Shown in pieces: positions 1-13,114 of a DNA stretch of 64,000 bases. The notes under the pieces are model-generated. The model ran no database searches. It was not told where the DNA came from and was given only the letters and a program-made list of their open reading frames with translations. Where the stretch lies: positions 75,319-139,318 of the forward strand of contig MU054166.1 of NCBI GenBank assembly GCA_013239625.1, given 5' to 3'. Made by a program: the position numbers and the translations under genes. Source of the stretch: Lama guanicoe (taxonomy: Eukaryota). Position 1 is the first letter of the stretch. Each line of letters opens with the position of its first letter.

Positions 1-3000
1 CCAATTCCATTGTATTTTCTTGNNNNNNNNNNNNTCAAAGATTACCAAAAGTTTCTGGGTTCATTTCTGCACTCTCTATTCTGTTCCTTTGGCTTACATG
101 TCTGTTTTCCTACCAATACAGTGCTGTCATGTTGACTGTAGCTCTATACTATTATCTGAATTGTTAGCGTAAATATATGCCACTGATTTTTCAACCTTAA
201 TCTTGTAACCTGCTACTTTGCTGAATTTTTCGGTCAGCTCTAGATGTTTTTGTCTGGATTTTGCAGGGTTTTCTATATATAATAACATATTATCTGTATA
301 TAATGAGACTTTTACCTCTTCCTTTCCAGTTTGCATCCGTTTTAATTCTCTCTCTTGTTTGATTGCCGTGGCTAGGACTTCCAAGATTATATTGAGTTGG
401 AGTGGTGATTTTGTGAATCCTTGTCTTGTCCCAGATTTTAGTTGGAAAATTTTGACTTTCTTACCATTGAGTACTATGTTGGCTGTAGGTTTGTTTTCTA
501 TAGTTTTCATGATGCTGATATATGTTCCGTCTATGTCCACTTTGGTGAGAATTTTTATCATACGTGGAGTTTGAATTTTAACAAATGCTTTTCCTGCATC
601 TATTGAGATGATCATGGTGTTTTGATCCTTTCTCTTGTTGATGTGCTGTATTACACTGATTGATTTGCTTATGTTGAACCACCCCTGTGTTCCTGGCATG
701 ATCACCAATTGGTCATGATGTATAATCTTTTATCTGTGTTGTTGGATTCTATTTGCTACTATTTTGGTGAGGATTTTGGCGTCTGTGTTCATAAGTGATA
801 TTGGCCTATAATTCTATTTTTGGTAGTGTCTTTGCCTGGTTGTGGTATCAGGGTGATTGTGGCTTCATCTTTGACTTTGGGAGTATTCCTTCCTTTTCAA
901 TCTTCTGGAAGAGCTTGAGAAAGACTGGTATGAGTTCTTCTTTGTATCTTTTGTAGAATTCCTCCGTGAATCCGTCTGGTCCTAGACTGCTTTTTGTAAG
1001 GAAGTTTTATATTGCTATTTTGATTTCATTTCTAGTGCTTTGCTTGTTTAAGGGGTCAGTTTCTTCTTGATTCTGGTGGACAGTATGTTTCCAGAAACTT
1101 GTCCATCTCCTCTAGGTTTTCCAGTTTATTTCCATATACTTTTAATAATATTTTTGAATGATATTCTGTATTTCTTTTTAATTTGTTGTAATTTCTCCAT
1201 TCTCCTTCCTTATTTTGCTCTTAGTGCTCTCTGTCTTTTCTTTTAATTGAGTTTGGACAGAGGTTTGTTGATTTTACATACTTTTTAGAGAAACCAGCAT
1301 TTGGTTTCGTTGAATTATTCCCTATGGTGTTTTTAATATCTGTTTTATTTATTTCCTCCCCAATATCTATGATTTCCTTTCTTTTGCTGCCTTTTGTGGT
1401 TTTTTGTTCTTCTTTTTCTAGTGCATTCTGCTGGTGGGTTAAATTGTTTATTTGTGATTGTTCTTCTTTTTTGAGGAAGGCCTGTATCACTATAAACTAC
1501 CCTCTCAGCACTGCTTCTGCTGTGTCCCATAAATTTTGTGTGGTTTTGCTTTCATTTTATTTTGTCTCAAGGTACTTTTTCATTTCAGCTTTGATTTCTT
1601 CATTGAACCATTGGTTTTTTAATAACATATTGTTTAATCTCCATGTTTTCCTTTTGTTCTCCTTTGTTTCTCTGTTGTTCATTTCTAGCTTAATGGCATT
1701 GTGTTCAGTAAAGTTGCTTGAGGTAATTGAAAAATTCTAAAAATTGCTAAGGTTTCTTTTGTGCCCAAGTACATTATGAATCCTGGAAAATATTCCACGT
1801 GCACTTCAAAAGAATGTATATCCTATTTTGGGGGTTGCAATGCTCTGAAAATATCCACCAAGTGTAATATTTGTGTTGTGTTATTTAACTTCTATTTTGC
1901 CAAATTTATTTTCTGTATCGATGATCTGTCCAGTGATGTTAATGCAGTGTTGAAGTCTCCAAATATAAATCCCCCTTTAAATCTGTTAGTAATTATTTTA
2001 TGTACTTAAGTGCTCCTGTATTTGGTGTGTATGTAGTAACGTGTGTGCTATCCTCATATTGTATCACTGCTTCAATCATTATAAAATGTCCTTCTTTATC
2101 TTACTTTATGGCCTTTGTTTAAAAAACTATTTTGTCTGCAATCAGTACTGCAACACCTGCTTTTTTGGCTTTTCCAATTGTATGGAAAACCTTTTTCTAT
2201 CCTTTCACTCTCAATTTACATGTGTCCTTTTCTCTGAAGTGGGTCCTTTTATACAGCATATTGAAGGTTCTTGCTTTCTTATCCAGCATGCCACCCTATG
2301 ACTTTGGACTGGAGCATTTAGTCAATTAACATTTACATTAATCGATGATAGATGTGAGTTTATTGCCATTTTCACCTTATTTTCCAGTTGATTTAGTATT
2401 TCCTCTTTGTTCCTTTCATTTTTGTTTTATAGTTTGGTAATTTTCCTTTGTATTATCATGAATTTTAGTTAGTTTTAGTGACTCTCTGATAACTTTTTGT
2501 CTTCTTGTTACCCTTTTTTATGTCTTTTAGACCATTATTATAACTGCTTTTATTAAAACCATAGTAACAGTTTCTCAAACCCATCCTACCAAGAACAAAA
2601 ATTTTAAAATGAAAGACCAAAAAAAAAATTCTCTATTTTCCTGCCTCCCTCTCCCACTCTCAAAGATTTGTATGTCTTGTTTTAAAATTAAGTGATTATT
2701 TTATTTGTAGTTCATGAGTTATCACCTTTCCAGCTGTGAGTTTCATATTTCTGTAGCATCCTGCTTCTATTCTTTTTAGAGAAGACCTTTCAATATTTCT
2801 TTAAGCATGGGTCTAGTGCTGCTAAACTCTTGAAGGTTTTTCTAGTCTGTGAAATTCTTATGTCTCCTTCTAACATAAAGGATAGCCTTGCTGGTGATAA
2901 TATCCTTCGGTATATCATTTGTTTCATTCAGGACATTGAATATATCTTGCCACTCCCTTCTGACTTGTGGTATTTGTGTAGTGAAATCAGCTGTGAGCCT

Positions 3001-5268
3001 TATGGGGATTACCTTGTAACTCAATCTTTGCTATGCTATTGTTGCCTTTAGGATGATTTTTTTATCCTTGACTCTGGCCATCTTAATTCTATAATTTTGG
3101 TAGTTATATTTGCATTCTTCTTGTTTGGGACACTCTGAGCTTACTGTACTTGGATATCTGATTCCTTCTTTAAGTTTGGGAAGTTGTCAGTCATGATATC
3201 TTCAAACAACTTTGCAATCCCCTTTGATCTTGCCTCCCCTTCTGGGACTTCTATCACGCCAAGATTGGCATGCTTTCTATTATCCCATAGGTCCCTTATG
3301 CTTTTTTCATTTGTTTCTCATTGTTTCTCTTGTAGCTCTTCTGATTGGGTGCTTTCCATTGTCCTGTCTTCTAAGTTAGTAATTCATTCATATTTGTTAT
3401 CTAGTCAGCTTTGCGACACCTTTAGATCATTATTCTTCTCAGTGCACTTGTTTACCTATACTATTCGGCTCTTCTTTAAAGCTTCCATTTCATTTTTGAC
3501 ATATTTTATATCTCTAAACACTATCTCTTTTATTTCCATCACTACTTTGATCACTCCTTTTTTGAAATATTGATCTAGTTGGATATCACTGTCTATTTCA
3601 CTGATCATTCTTTCAGGGGATTTCTCCTGTGCATTTAATTGGGAATGGTTTCTCTGTTCCTTCATCTTGATCCTACCTCTCAGGCACTGTGGTTTTTGGA
3701 GTATCAGTTATCTACTGTGGTCCTAAAGGAGTTTATCTACCTAATTCTTATGTAGTAATACAACATAGAAAAGAGAAAAGGGAGTGAGGAGTGAAGAATT
3801 TTAAAGAAGGGATAAAAAATGTTTGAAGACATTGTATAATGAATAATAGAAAAGCAAATTGAAGCAGAGTTTTGAAAAATAATAATAATAAAATATTTTT
3901 AAAAATTTCAAAGGGATTAATATTAGGGTATATATAATTGCATAAGAAGTAGAAATTAGGGGGATAATAGAAAATGGAACTGGTAAAAACAGATTAAAAC
4001 ATGGGGGTGCTCAGTGTCCTCCTGGAAACTGTGTATTTTAATGTGAACTCTTTCTGTATTCTTCCTGTTTTGGAAGCTCAGCTTACTGTTTCCAGAAGCC
4101 CTCCATTGGAGCCATCATCTGTGCTACTCCCAGGGCATGTCAGCAAGCAGATCGTTCCTACATCCAACACTGGGTCAGGTGCAGCTCTCTTTACTCTGGG
4201 CTGGCTTGTCACTGCCCTGCCCGATGCTGCAGTCTGATGTTGCAGACTGACCAGGCAGGATTGGGCATCATGCCTTTTCCCAGCACCATGGTCAGTGGCT
4301 TCATTCCAGCCCAAAATGTGGGGGGCCACATGCCCCCTCAGTGTGCCTATCACTCTGCTGCTCTGTGCCATTGTACGCTCTGCCTTGGGTTTGCACACTG
4401 GCAGTGGTCTCAGGGAATACTGAGGAACAGCCCTGTCCCTGTTCTGGGCCAAAATCCAGCTCCTTGTTTGTCTTCGCGGACAAGTTCCCTGAGGAACCAT
4501 TACAGTAGGATCCTATCTGCCTCAGGCTATAGACAAGTCTCCCTCTGGCCCTTGAGGCTGCTAAGTCCATAGGTGTAGATGCAGTTTTTGCCCGCACTGC
4601 CACCTGGATGCAAAGCACCAGAGGGTATGGTGGCTGTGTCTTAGCCAAAGCTCTCTTCACCTAGAAACTTTTGTGGATTTTCAGAGATGGGGAATGCACA
4701 CTTCCCCCCACAGGGCAATCTGCCCTGTTGTTTTATGTAGGGCACAGGTTGTTCTGCCCTGTGCACCAACAGCCATGGTACAAAGACCAATCAATTCCCC
4801 CGGGCTGCCACTGTGCAGCCATCCCCATCTACCACCCAGCTCGGGCAGCATGGCTCTGCCCCCTGCTTCTGGGCTGCATCTTCAGCTGAGTGTCACAGGG
4901 ATCCTCTGTACCTATTTAACTTAGTTCTGTCAGTCAATTTATACTTTGTACAGGTCCAAGCCTTGGAGGCTCCCCCTCCCTCCTGCCAAACTCTCAGTTG
5001 GAGAGGGGAGACACAGTGAATGAGCACCAGTCCTTCTTTGCTGCTCCTTCCCCTTGGTATCTGTCCCACTATTTGCCTTTTATTCATCTTCTTCCCTTTC
5101 TACTACCAGATTTCTCGTATCTTTATCTATTGAAGAGGACAAGGTTCTGTCACAGTTCTGCAGGTTCTCTGGTTAGCTGAGTGTCTCTGTGGATGTGAGA
5201 CTTTATGCATTCATGGGAAATGTTGAGCTATGAGCATCATTATTCTCCACTCTCTTTGCCTCCCCCCC
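1..5268 (-). mobile_element. LINE-1, 5' part (5'UTR, ORF1, inter-ORF spacer, ORF2 endonuclease to RT), degenerate
   Basis: 5' end reads GGGGGGGAGGCAAAGAG on the minus strand, followed by a GC-richer 5'UTR at ~4000-5268. ORF1 starts at 3665 (MKEQRNHSQLN...) with a later fragment 'PIRLTADFTTQIPQVRREWQDIFNVL'. ORF2 ATG at 2369 (MAINSHLS...). RT fragment 127-708 '[12 protein letters not shown]...[10 protein letters not shown]...GTRQG...LYTDNM'. Many stops and frameshifts. Confidence 0.95.
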
Positions 5269-5269
5269 A

Positions 5270-8200
5270 AAAAGGCTCAGTTTATGGTGAAAGAAAACAT
5301 AGTCTGGAAATAAATGGAAAAGGTATTCCATAGAAATGACAAGAAAGTGCAGATTGCAAAGGTCAACTCATACAAAATACGTTTGAAAATAAGGGCCAAA
5401 ATGAAAGAAATATGAGATAATATTAAGAAAAAGAGATTGATAAAATAAAAGTGGGAATTACACTCATTAAATTATATGTGGTGCAACACTATAGATCCTA
5501 AATATAAAAAGAAATTTTAGTAGGCATGAAAGAATTAATTCATTATGAAAAAATAATAGTAGATGAGTATAACACCACACTATTGTGATGATCAGATCAT
5601 CCAGAAAGAATATCTGTAAGGAAACAGAGGTCTTAATAGCATGTTAGATCAATTGATCCTAAGTGAAATATTGGACACTGCATTAGAAAAGCAGAACATA
5701 TAAACTATTCAAGTGTGTACAGGATGTTAACTAAGGAATTAACCACATATTATGTCATGAAATAAGCCTCAGGAACTTTAAGCAAATATAGATTTCAGCA
5801 AGTATTTTCCATACACAAAAGTATGAAACTATGCATCAACTCCTGAAAGAAGAATAGGAAAAGCACAAACATGAAGTCAAACCACATCTTTTAAAAAAAT
5901 ACTATAAAACAAGGTCAATGATGAAATCAAAGAAGTAATAAAATCACACCTGGAGACAAATTACAATAAAAACATAGCTTCATAAAATGTATGGGATGCA
6001 TGAAAGACAAGTCTACAAGGTAAGTTTAGAACAATTAAGGTCTTCTACAATGAACAAGAAAAATCTAGCATAAAGGACCAAGCATACCACCCAAAATAAC
6101 AAGAAATAAGTACAAACAAAACCCATGGCAGCAGAATGAGAAATCTTTAATGATTAGGTTGAAAATAAATAAAATAAAATTTGAAAAATAAATTGCAAAT
6201 CATAAAATCAACAGCTTTAATTTTTCTTAAAATAGTAACAAACAGGAAAGCATTTAGCCAGGCTTATAAAGAAATACAGAGACTGGACCCAAACGAAATA
6301 TGAAATGAAACAGTAGAAATAATATCTGATATTACAGAAATACAATAAAAGATTATGAAAGCACTCTGAGCTGTTACATGACAACCAACTGGACGACCTG
6401 AAAGAAATGGACAAATTTCTAAAAATGTACATCCTGCCAAGACTGAATAAAGATAAAACTGAGAACTTGAATAGAGCAATCAGTATAAGTTAAATAAAAT
6501 GTACAATTTTAAAAACACCCCTTGAACAAAATGACTAGATTCCTATATTGAAACCTCTTTACCCCCAACTATTTTAAAAAATGAAGGAGGAAGGAAAATT
6601 CTCAAAGTTATTCCATGAGGCCACCATTACCATTATAACAAAACCAGTCAAAGACACTACCAAAAAAAAAAAAAAGTAAATGAAAATCCAATATCCTTGT
6701 TGAATATAGATTCAAAAATTCTCGAAGAACTTCAACAAATTAATCCAGCAATACATAGAAAGGATTATACACGATGATCAGTTGGATTCCTTCCAGAGTT
6801 ACAAGGATGGTTCAAAATACAGAAGTCAAGCAGCTTGACACATATCTAATAAAGGAAGGACAAAATTCAAAGACCATGTCTATACACAAAGAAAAAGCAT
6901 TTGACAAAATTCAATATACTTTCATCATCAGAACTCTCATGAAAGTGAGTACAATGTGACATTTCTCAACATACAAAAGGCCATTTATAACAATTTATAA
7001 TACTCAAGGGAAAGACTGAAAGTCTTTTGGGTAAATTCAGGAACAAGTCAAGGATTCCTAATCACACCACTTCTGTTCAATAATATTAGAAGAAAGGAAA
7101 AGGAAAAGAAAATGATGTAAAAGAAACACAAATGGAAAGAAAGAGGCAAAATTGTCACTAGTAATGAAGGAATAAAAATCTACACAGAGAGTCCTAAGGG
7201 CTCCACACTGACTATTATGAACAATAAATAATTTCATCAAGGGAGCAGGGTACAAGATCAATGTAAAGATGTCTCTTGCATTTGTACACATTAATCATGA
7301 GATACCATATATTGGACATTGAAAGCAATATTTAAAACCCCATTCCCCCATATATCTAGGAATAAATGTAACCACATATGTGAAAGATCTACACACTGAA
7401 AATAAAAAAATTGACAAAGAAATTAAAAATGATTCAAAGAAATGGAAAGATGTCTTGTGGTCTTGGATTGAAAGATTTCATATTGTTAACATGGCCACAC
7501 TGCACAAAGAAACCTAAGGATTTAGTGAAATTCCTTTTATGAAGCTGAAGTATTTTCCACAGAACCAGAAAATAAATAACTCTAAGTTTTACATGAAACC
7601 AATAAAATTTCCAAGATGGCCTTGAGGAAAAACAACAAATCTGGAGGTATAACCCTCCTGGATAACTTACTATACTACAAACCTACAATAATAAAAAGAG
7701 TATGGCAATGTCACAGAGATATAATCAAAAAAACAGATAGAGAGCCTAGAAATACTTCCACACCCCTATGAGAAATGAATCTATAATAAAAGAGGCAAGA
7801 GTTCACATTAGAGAAAAGACAGTCTCGTCAATGGATGGTGTTGGGAAAGCTGAACATCTACATGTAAAACAGTGAAATGAGAGCATTCCCTGACATCATA
7901 TACAAAAATAAACTCCAAGTGTATTAAGGACATAAATGTAAGACCTGATACTATAAAACTGCTAGAAGGGAATATAGGTGATACACTATTGGATATACAT
8001 CATAGGAATATTTTCTTATATCAGTCTCCTAAAGCAAAAGAAATAAAAGCAAAAATAAGCAAGTGGGACCTAAACCAACTTGAAAATTTCTGCACAGCTA
8101 AGGACACTTCCAAAGAAATGAAAACACTGCCTGTGTAATTGGAGGACATATTTGCAAACAATGCAAGTGACCAGGGGTTAATAGATGTAGGTTAATAGAT

Positions 8201-9323
8201 GTAACATGGATATAGATTACACAACTCAATGTGAAAAACAAAAACCCAATCAAAAACAACAGCAGAGTACCTGAGTTAATATTTTTCCAAAGTAAATATT
8301 CAGATGAGTAACAGGAAAGTGATAAAATTTCTCAACATTACTAATTATTAGGTAATTGCAAATCAAAACCACAATGATGTATCACTTCACAATGGTCAAA
8401 TGGCTATTATCAATTAGCCTACAAAAAATAGTAAGGGTTGGAGATGATGTGGAGGTAAGAATTCTCTTGTATACTCTTGGTAGGGATGTAAATTGGTACA
8501 ACTTCTAAGGAAAAGAGTATTCAGATTTGTTTAAAAACTAAAAAGCTAACTACCTTATAACCCAGTAATACCTCTCCTAGGAAAAATCTGGGGAAAACAC
8601 CCTAAATTGAGAAGAGCATATAATCACAAAATCACTGTTTATAATATGCAAGACATGGGAGCAATCCAAGAGTCCACAGTAGACTATGGACTTAAGAAGA
8701 TATGATGTTTCTATAAATAAAAATGGAATATTACTCAACCATGAAAAAGTATAACACATTTGTATTTCAGCATCATGAAAGATTAAGTAAATATTGTGCT
8801 TAGTGAAGGAACTTAGACAAAGACAAAGTATATAGTATAATTTATATGTGGAATATAAAGAATAACAAATATCTGTGTACATCTATGTATAGCTATCTTT
8901 TGATAGATGACAGATAAATAAATAGAAGGATAGATATATACATACATGATATATCAATAGATAGATCAATAAATAGATAGATAGATAGATAGAGACATGA
9001 TGGAGAGGTAAAGAGATTAGATAGACAAGACTTAAGCAGACTCAAAGATTTGGGAAAAAATTTATGTTTACCAAAGTGGAAGGGAAAGAGAATTTAATGG
9101 TAGGACATTGACAGATACAAAGTAGTATACATTAAGTAAAGAAGCAACAAGGATTATCTGTATAGATTAGGGAATTATACACAATATCTTAAAATAATTG
9201 TATGTTACAATTATTGTAATAATTCATAATGCAATATAATCTACAAAGTGGTTGGAATCACTATGCTGTACATCTGAAACTGCACAATATTTTACATCTA
9301 ATCTACTTCAATTAAAAATAAAA
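5270..9323 (+). mobile_element. LINE-1, 5'-truncated older element (ORF2 from within the endonuclease domain to the 3' end)
   Basis: Degenerate ORF2 text (e.g. 'KEKAFDKIQY', 'aaaaccagtcaaagacactac'), L1 3'UTR, and an A-rich end 'cttcaattaaaaataaaa'. Confidence 0.85.
8885..9000 (+). repeat. Imperfect (GATA)n microsatellite inside an L1 3'UTR
   Basis: 'tagatagatagatagatag' runs; the paralogue at 43045-43172 has a longer run. Confidence 0.85.
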
Positions 9324-9329
9324 CATATG

Positions 9330-11330
9330 TATAATTTAGTCCTTTTTCTGCTGATAGCATCTTTCTTAAATATTGCTTAATTTTACTCTTTACTTTTTAT
9401 GATTACTGTTTCAAATTATTTCTATTACTCTTGTGAACATTATACCAGTTTGAAGTATCTATATTTATTGCCCCTGATTTCCTATTTTTCTCTCTTTAAT
9501 CCATAAAGTATAGTAGCATATAAGAACATACACAAAAAAACTGTTGCATCTTTCTCGTGGTCTCTCCTTAGCATTTTGTTCAATGTTTTGCTTATGTTTG
9601 CAATTTTATATTTCTTAGAAGACTTCTTTTCTACACCTCTTACAAGGTGTCTCGGTTTTGTTTTTTCATGTCATTCAGGTTTCATTTTTCTGTTAATGTC
9701 CTTACTTTCACTTTATATCTAATTGATAACAATTTAAGTATTATTGAGTGAGTGATTTCTTATTTCAGAAGTTTGAAAATATAATTTTATTTACCCTTGG
9801 CGTATGTTTTTGGCTCAGAAATCTGCTGAGAGCCTAATGGGGGTTCCTTTGCAGATTATCATAACTATTTTTGGCTGCCTTTAAAATTTTACTCTGTCTT
9901 TGACATGCCAATTTACATATGACGTATCTTGAAGGAGGCCCCTTAGTCTTAAATTTATTGGTGTTTTGTTGGCTCACAGACTTGTATATCAGTTCCTTAC
10001 ACAGGTTTGTGAATTTATCGACTATTACTTCTTTAAATAAATCATCAGCTGCCTTCTAACTGTCTTCTCCCTCAAGGATTCCAAACTAATGTGCAGTTTC
10101 TGTGGAAGTCCAATGGCTACTGTTGAATTTCCTCACTTTTTAATATCTTGTATCTCTGCCCTCTCATATCATATCTAGTTTTGTATTGGTGAGCTTGCTA
10201 ATTTCTCTTCCACAAAGACGATCTACTTCCAATGCTTTCTGTTGCATTTTTCATCTCATTTATTAAGTTCTCCTGGTCCTCCAATAATATTTGGTTATTT
10301 TATAGTTTTAGTCTCTTTGGTAATGTATTTTTATCATCATTTATTTTATACCTGAGCTCACTTAACTGCTTTCTTAGTGTTGTTTTTTGTATTGAGTTTC
10401 TGTATGAAACCTATTTGGATTCTCTATTAGTTATATGGCAATATACCATGACTTTAAGTTTGTTTGCTGCAGGGTTGACATTGCGTGTGTGTCTGTGTCT
10501 GTGTTGGTGTCTGTGTGTGTCTATCTGTGTGTGTGCGTGCCCTATAATGTTACTGTGATTGATCATGATCTTGAAATATTATTGCTCTTATGATACTAAA
10601 TAACACAATGGGAGTTGGAGTCCTTGCTTTTGTTTTCTGGTAACTTGCATTATTGCACAATATTTGGTTTTACTTACCTGAGATACCTCTGATAATATTT
10701 CAAAATGCCACTTTCCAGTCGCTAATGTCTGGATAAAAGATGTGCTTTCATAGTCACTTCTTAGACTTCTCTGGTATTTAATGCCACTCTTGTCACTGGG
10801 AGATCGAACCCTTTCATTTTTCTTATATCCCTTGAGAATCAGTGTACACATTGAAGAAATGTGTAAAGGCAGGTGGGTATTTGTAATCAGGAAAGTGCCA
10901 TTGCCATGTCTAGTGTTGCAAGGTAGCTTGTCTCCACCACTATGAAAGGGGAGTAGGGACAGTTTCATGAATGTCTGAGTGTCAGAAGGATGGAATTTCT
11001 GACTCCATTGTAGCTCCCTCCTAGTTACCTGTGATTATGGGTACTGGTGCAGTTGGGGGTGGAAACTGTGTGAACCACTGAGACCCTGTTTCTTCTGGGT
11101 TCTCTGAAATTGTGGACTCAGATATCCTTTTCAGAGGACCTTGGTTGTAGACACCAACTCTGCTCTTCCCTCAGTTCAGCCTCCTTTGTGTGTTTTATTC
11201 CACCATACTTCACCTGTTCACATGTGTTCTGGAGTTTTGTTTTGTGTTGTAGTTATTTTTGTTCAGATGTGAATGTTTTACTGACTGTAGATGTAAGGGG
11301 AGAGACAAAAATAGTTTAAACTTTTGTCAC
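9330..11330 (-). mobile_element. Old LINE-1 fragment (ORF1 region plus probable 5'UTR)
   Basis: 'agaaatctgctgagagcctaatgggggttcctttg' at ~9817 is the reverse complement of the conserved L1 ORF1 'G.PIRLSADFS' region. The extent of the 5'UTR is uncertain. Confidence 0.6.
10483..10540 (+). repeat. Imperfect (TG)n/(TGTGTC)n microsatellite
   Basis: 'gtgtgtgtctgtgtctgtgttggtgtctgtgtgtgt'; the paralogue is at ~44655-44745. Confidence 0.85.
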
Positions 11331-11439
11331 TTTTAAAAGTATATACTTTTTCAATTAAAAGCTTAAATTCTACTAAGTACATTATAAGAACACTAAAGAA
11401 AGTGAACAAATCACCTCTCTTTTTATCATAGTACTACAA

Positions 11440-13102
11440 AATATTTTGATTTTCAAGGGTTCTTTTCTTCAATGTTTTTCCCAGTTACATGCACATTTTA
11501 CTAAAATATATCCCTATACTCTCTTTAAAATCAATTAAATTATTAAAATAATTCTCTGTGCTGTAAATATAGCCCTCTTGGTTCTCTAATTTATTACTAG
11601 TAACTTGCACATTTCTGTCTTCTCCATACTTTTTCCCTTTCCCCACAGGTAACCACTACTTGGTACAGTATACATATATATGTGATTCTTTTTCTGTTTT
11701 TTTTTATGATTATTTCGCTTATATCTTTATTTTCCTCATTTAAGTGACAATGTAGAGTGGTTTTTCTCTGTATGACTTATTTTCCTATGTGCAACACACT
11801 CTGTGTCCAGTCACATTGTTCCAAGTGGCAGAAATTTATTTTTTAATATACAATGACTTAGTATTTATTATGTTATCTATATCTCAATCTACTTCAGCCA
11901 ATCATCTGTTGATGGGCAGTTGATTTGTGCTTCAAACATTGGCTACTGTAAATAATGATGTTATGAATATTGGGGGTAATATGTCCTTTAAGATAATCTT
12001 TTCTTTTTTTTCAGATTTATACTGGAAACTGGAATTGCTGCAACAGATAATGCTTCTATTTCTACTTTTCTGAGCACTGTCCACACTTTTATAATAGTGG
12101 ATGTATCAATTAATTTTTCCACGAACAGTGTACCTGGGTTCCCTCTTATCGACATTCTTATTAATATTTGTCATTTGTAGACATTTTCTTAATAGCCATT
12201 TTGGTTGCTTTAAGTTTATATTTCATTCTGGTTTTGATTTATGTTTTCATAATATATAGCAACGTTATGGTTCTTTTCATGTGCATGAAAATCATCCACA
12301 TGTCTGTTTTTGAAAAGTTTCCATGAAGATCCTTCAACTGTTTTTAAGTTGGTGTCTTTATTTTTTAAATATTGAGTCTATTATGCTATATATATAGTAT
12401 TATGGATATTACCTTCTTGTTGGTCTCATTGTCTGAAATTTTTCCTTCTATTCTGTCTGTTATCATATGTCTTGTTGAAGGTTTCCTTTGCTCTGAGAAA
12501 GTTTTGCACTTCACACTTATACAAGAATTAAAATCCCTGTATCACATATAACATCTATATTTTCCTCAGTAAAGTAAAAACTGTAATTGTTAGTTTTCCC
12601 TTTTTTTCTAATTTGAATAGAGATCAAAAATAAATATTGCTATGATTTATCTCAAAGTCAGTTCTGCTCCTGTTCTTGGTCAGAAATTGTATAGTTTCAG
12701 GCTTTACATTTAGGAAATTAATCCATTTTTGTCTCATTTTTTATACTAAGGAAGGAAGTGCTTTTACATCTTCCTTTTACATGTACTGTCCTGTTTTCTC
12801 AGAACTACTTGTTGAAGAGACTGCCTTTTTTTCATTGTATACTATTGCCTCCTTCTTTGTAGACTAATTGACCATATGTGTGTAGGTTTATTTTTGGAAT
12901 CTTTATTTTGTTCCATTGATCTATGTGTTTCTTTAAGTGCCATATTTTGATGTATTGATTACTGCAGCTTTGTAGTATGTTCTAAATTCAGGGAGAATAA
13001 TACCCTCAGCTTTTTACATTTTTCATAATAATTTTAGAAAATTTGGTTCTTTCAGATGTATGTATAAATTGTATAATTTTTCTCCTTGTTTTGTGAAGAA
13101 AC
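11440..13102 (-). mobile_element. LINE-1 3' fragment (3'UTR and ORF2 C-terminus), L1M-type
   Basis: Reverse-strand L1 3' text: 'cccccacaggtaaccactac', 'atcatctgttgatgggca', 'ttgttgaagagactgcc', 'ttttgttccattgatctatgtg'. Confidence 0.8.
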
Positions 13103-13114
13103 ATGGATTCTGTG

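Noticed and set aside
127..708. 193-aa reverse-transcriptase-like ORF as a novel RT system (retron or diversity-generating retroelement)
   Set aside because: It is a broken piece of LINE-1 ORF2 with a degenerate catalytic motif (YTDN), embedded in an ordinary L1.
4001..5180. Cluster of overlapping ORFs in GC-richer sequence (also 38179-39527)
   Set aside because: This is the L1 5'UTR. The higher GC content lengthens chance ORFs, and the frames are not preserved between the two copies.
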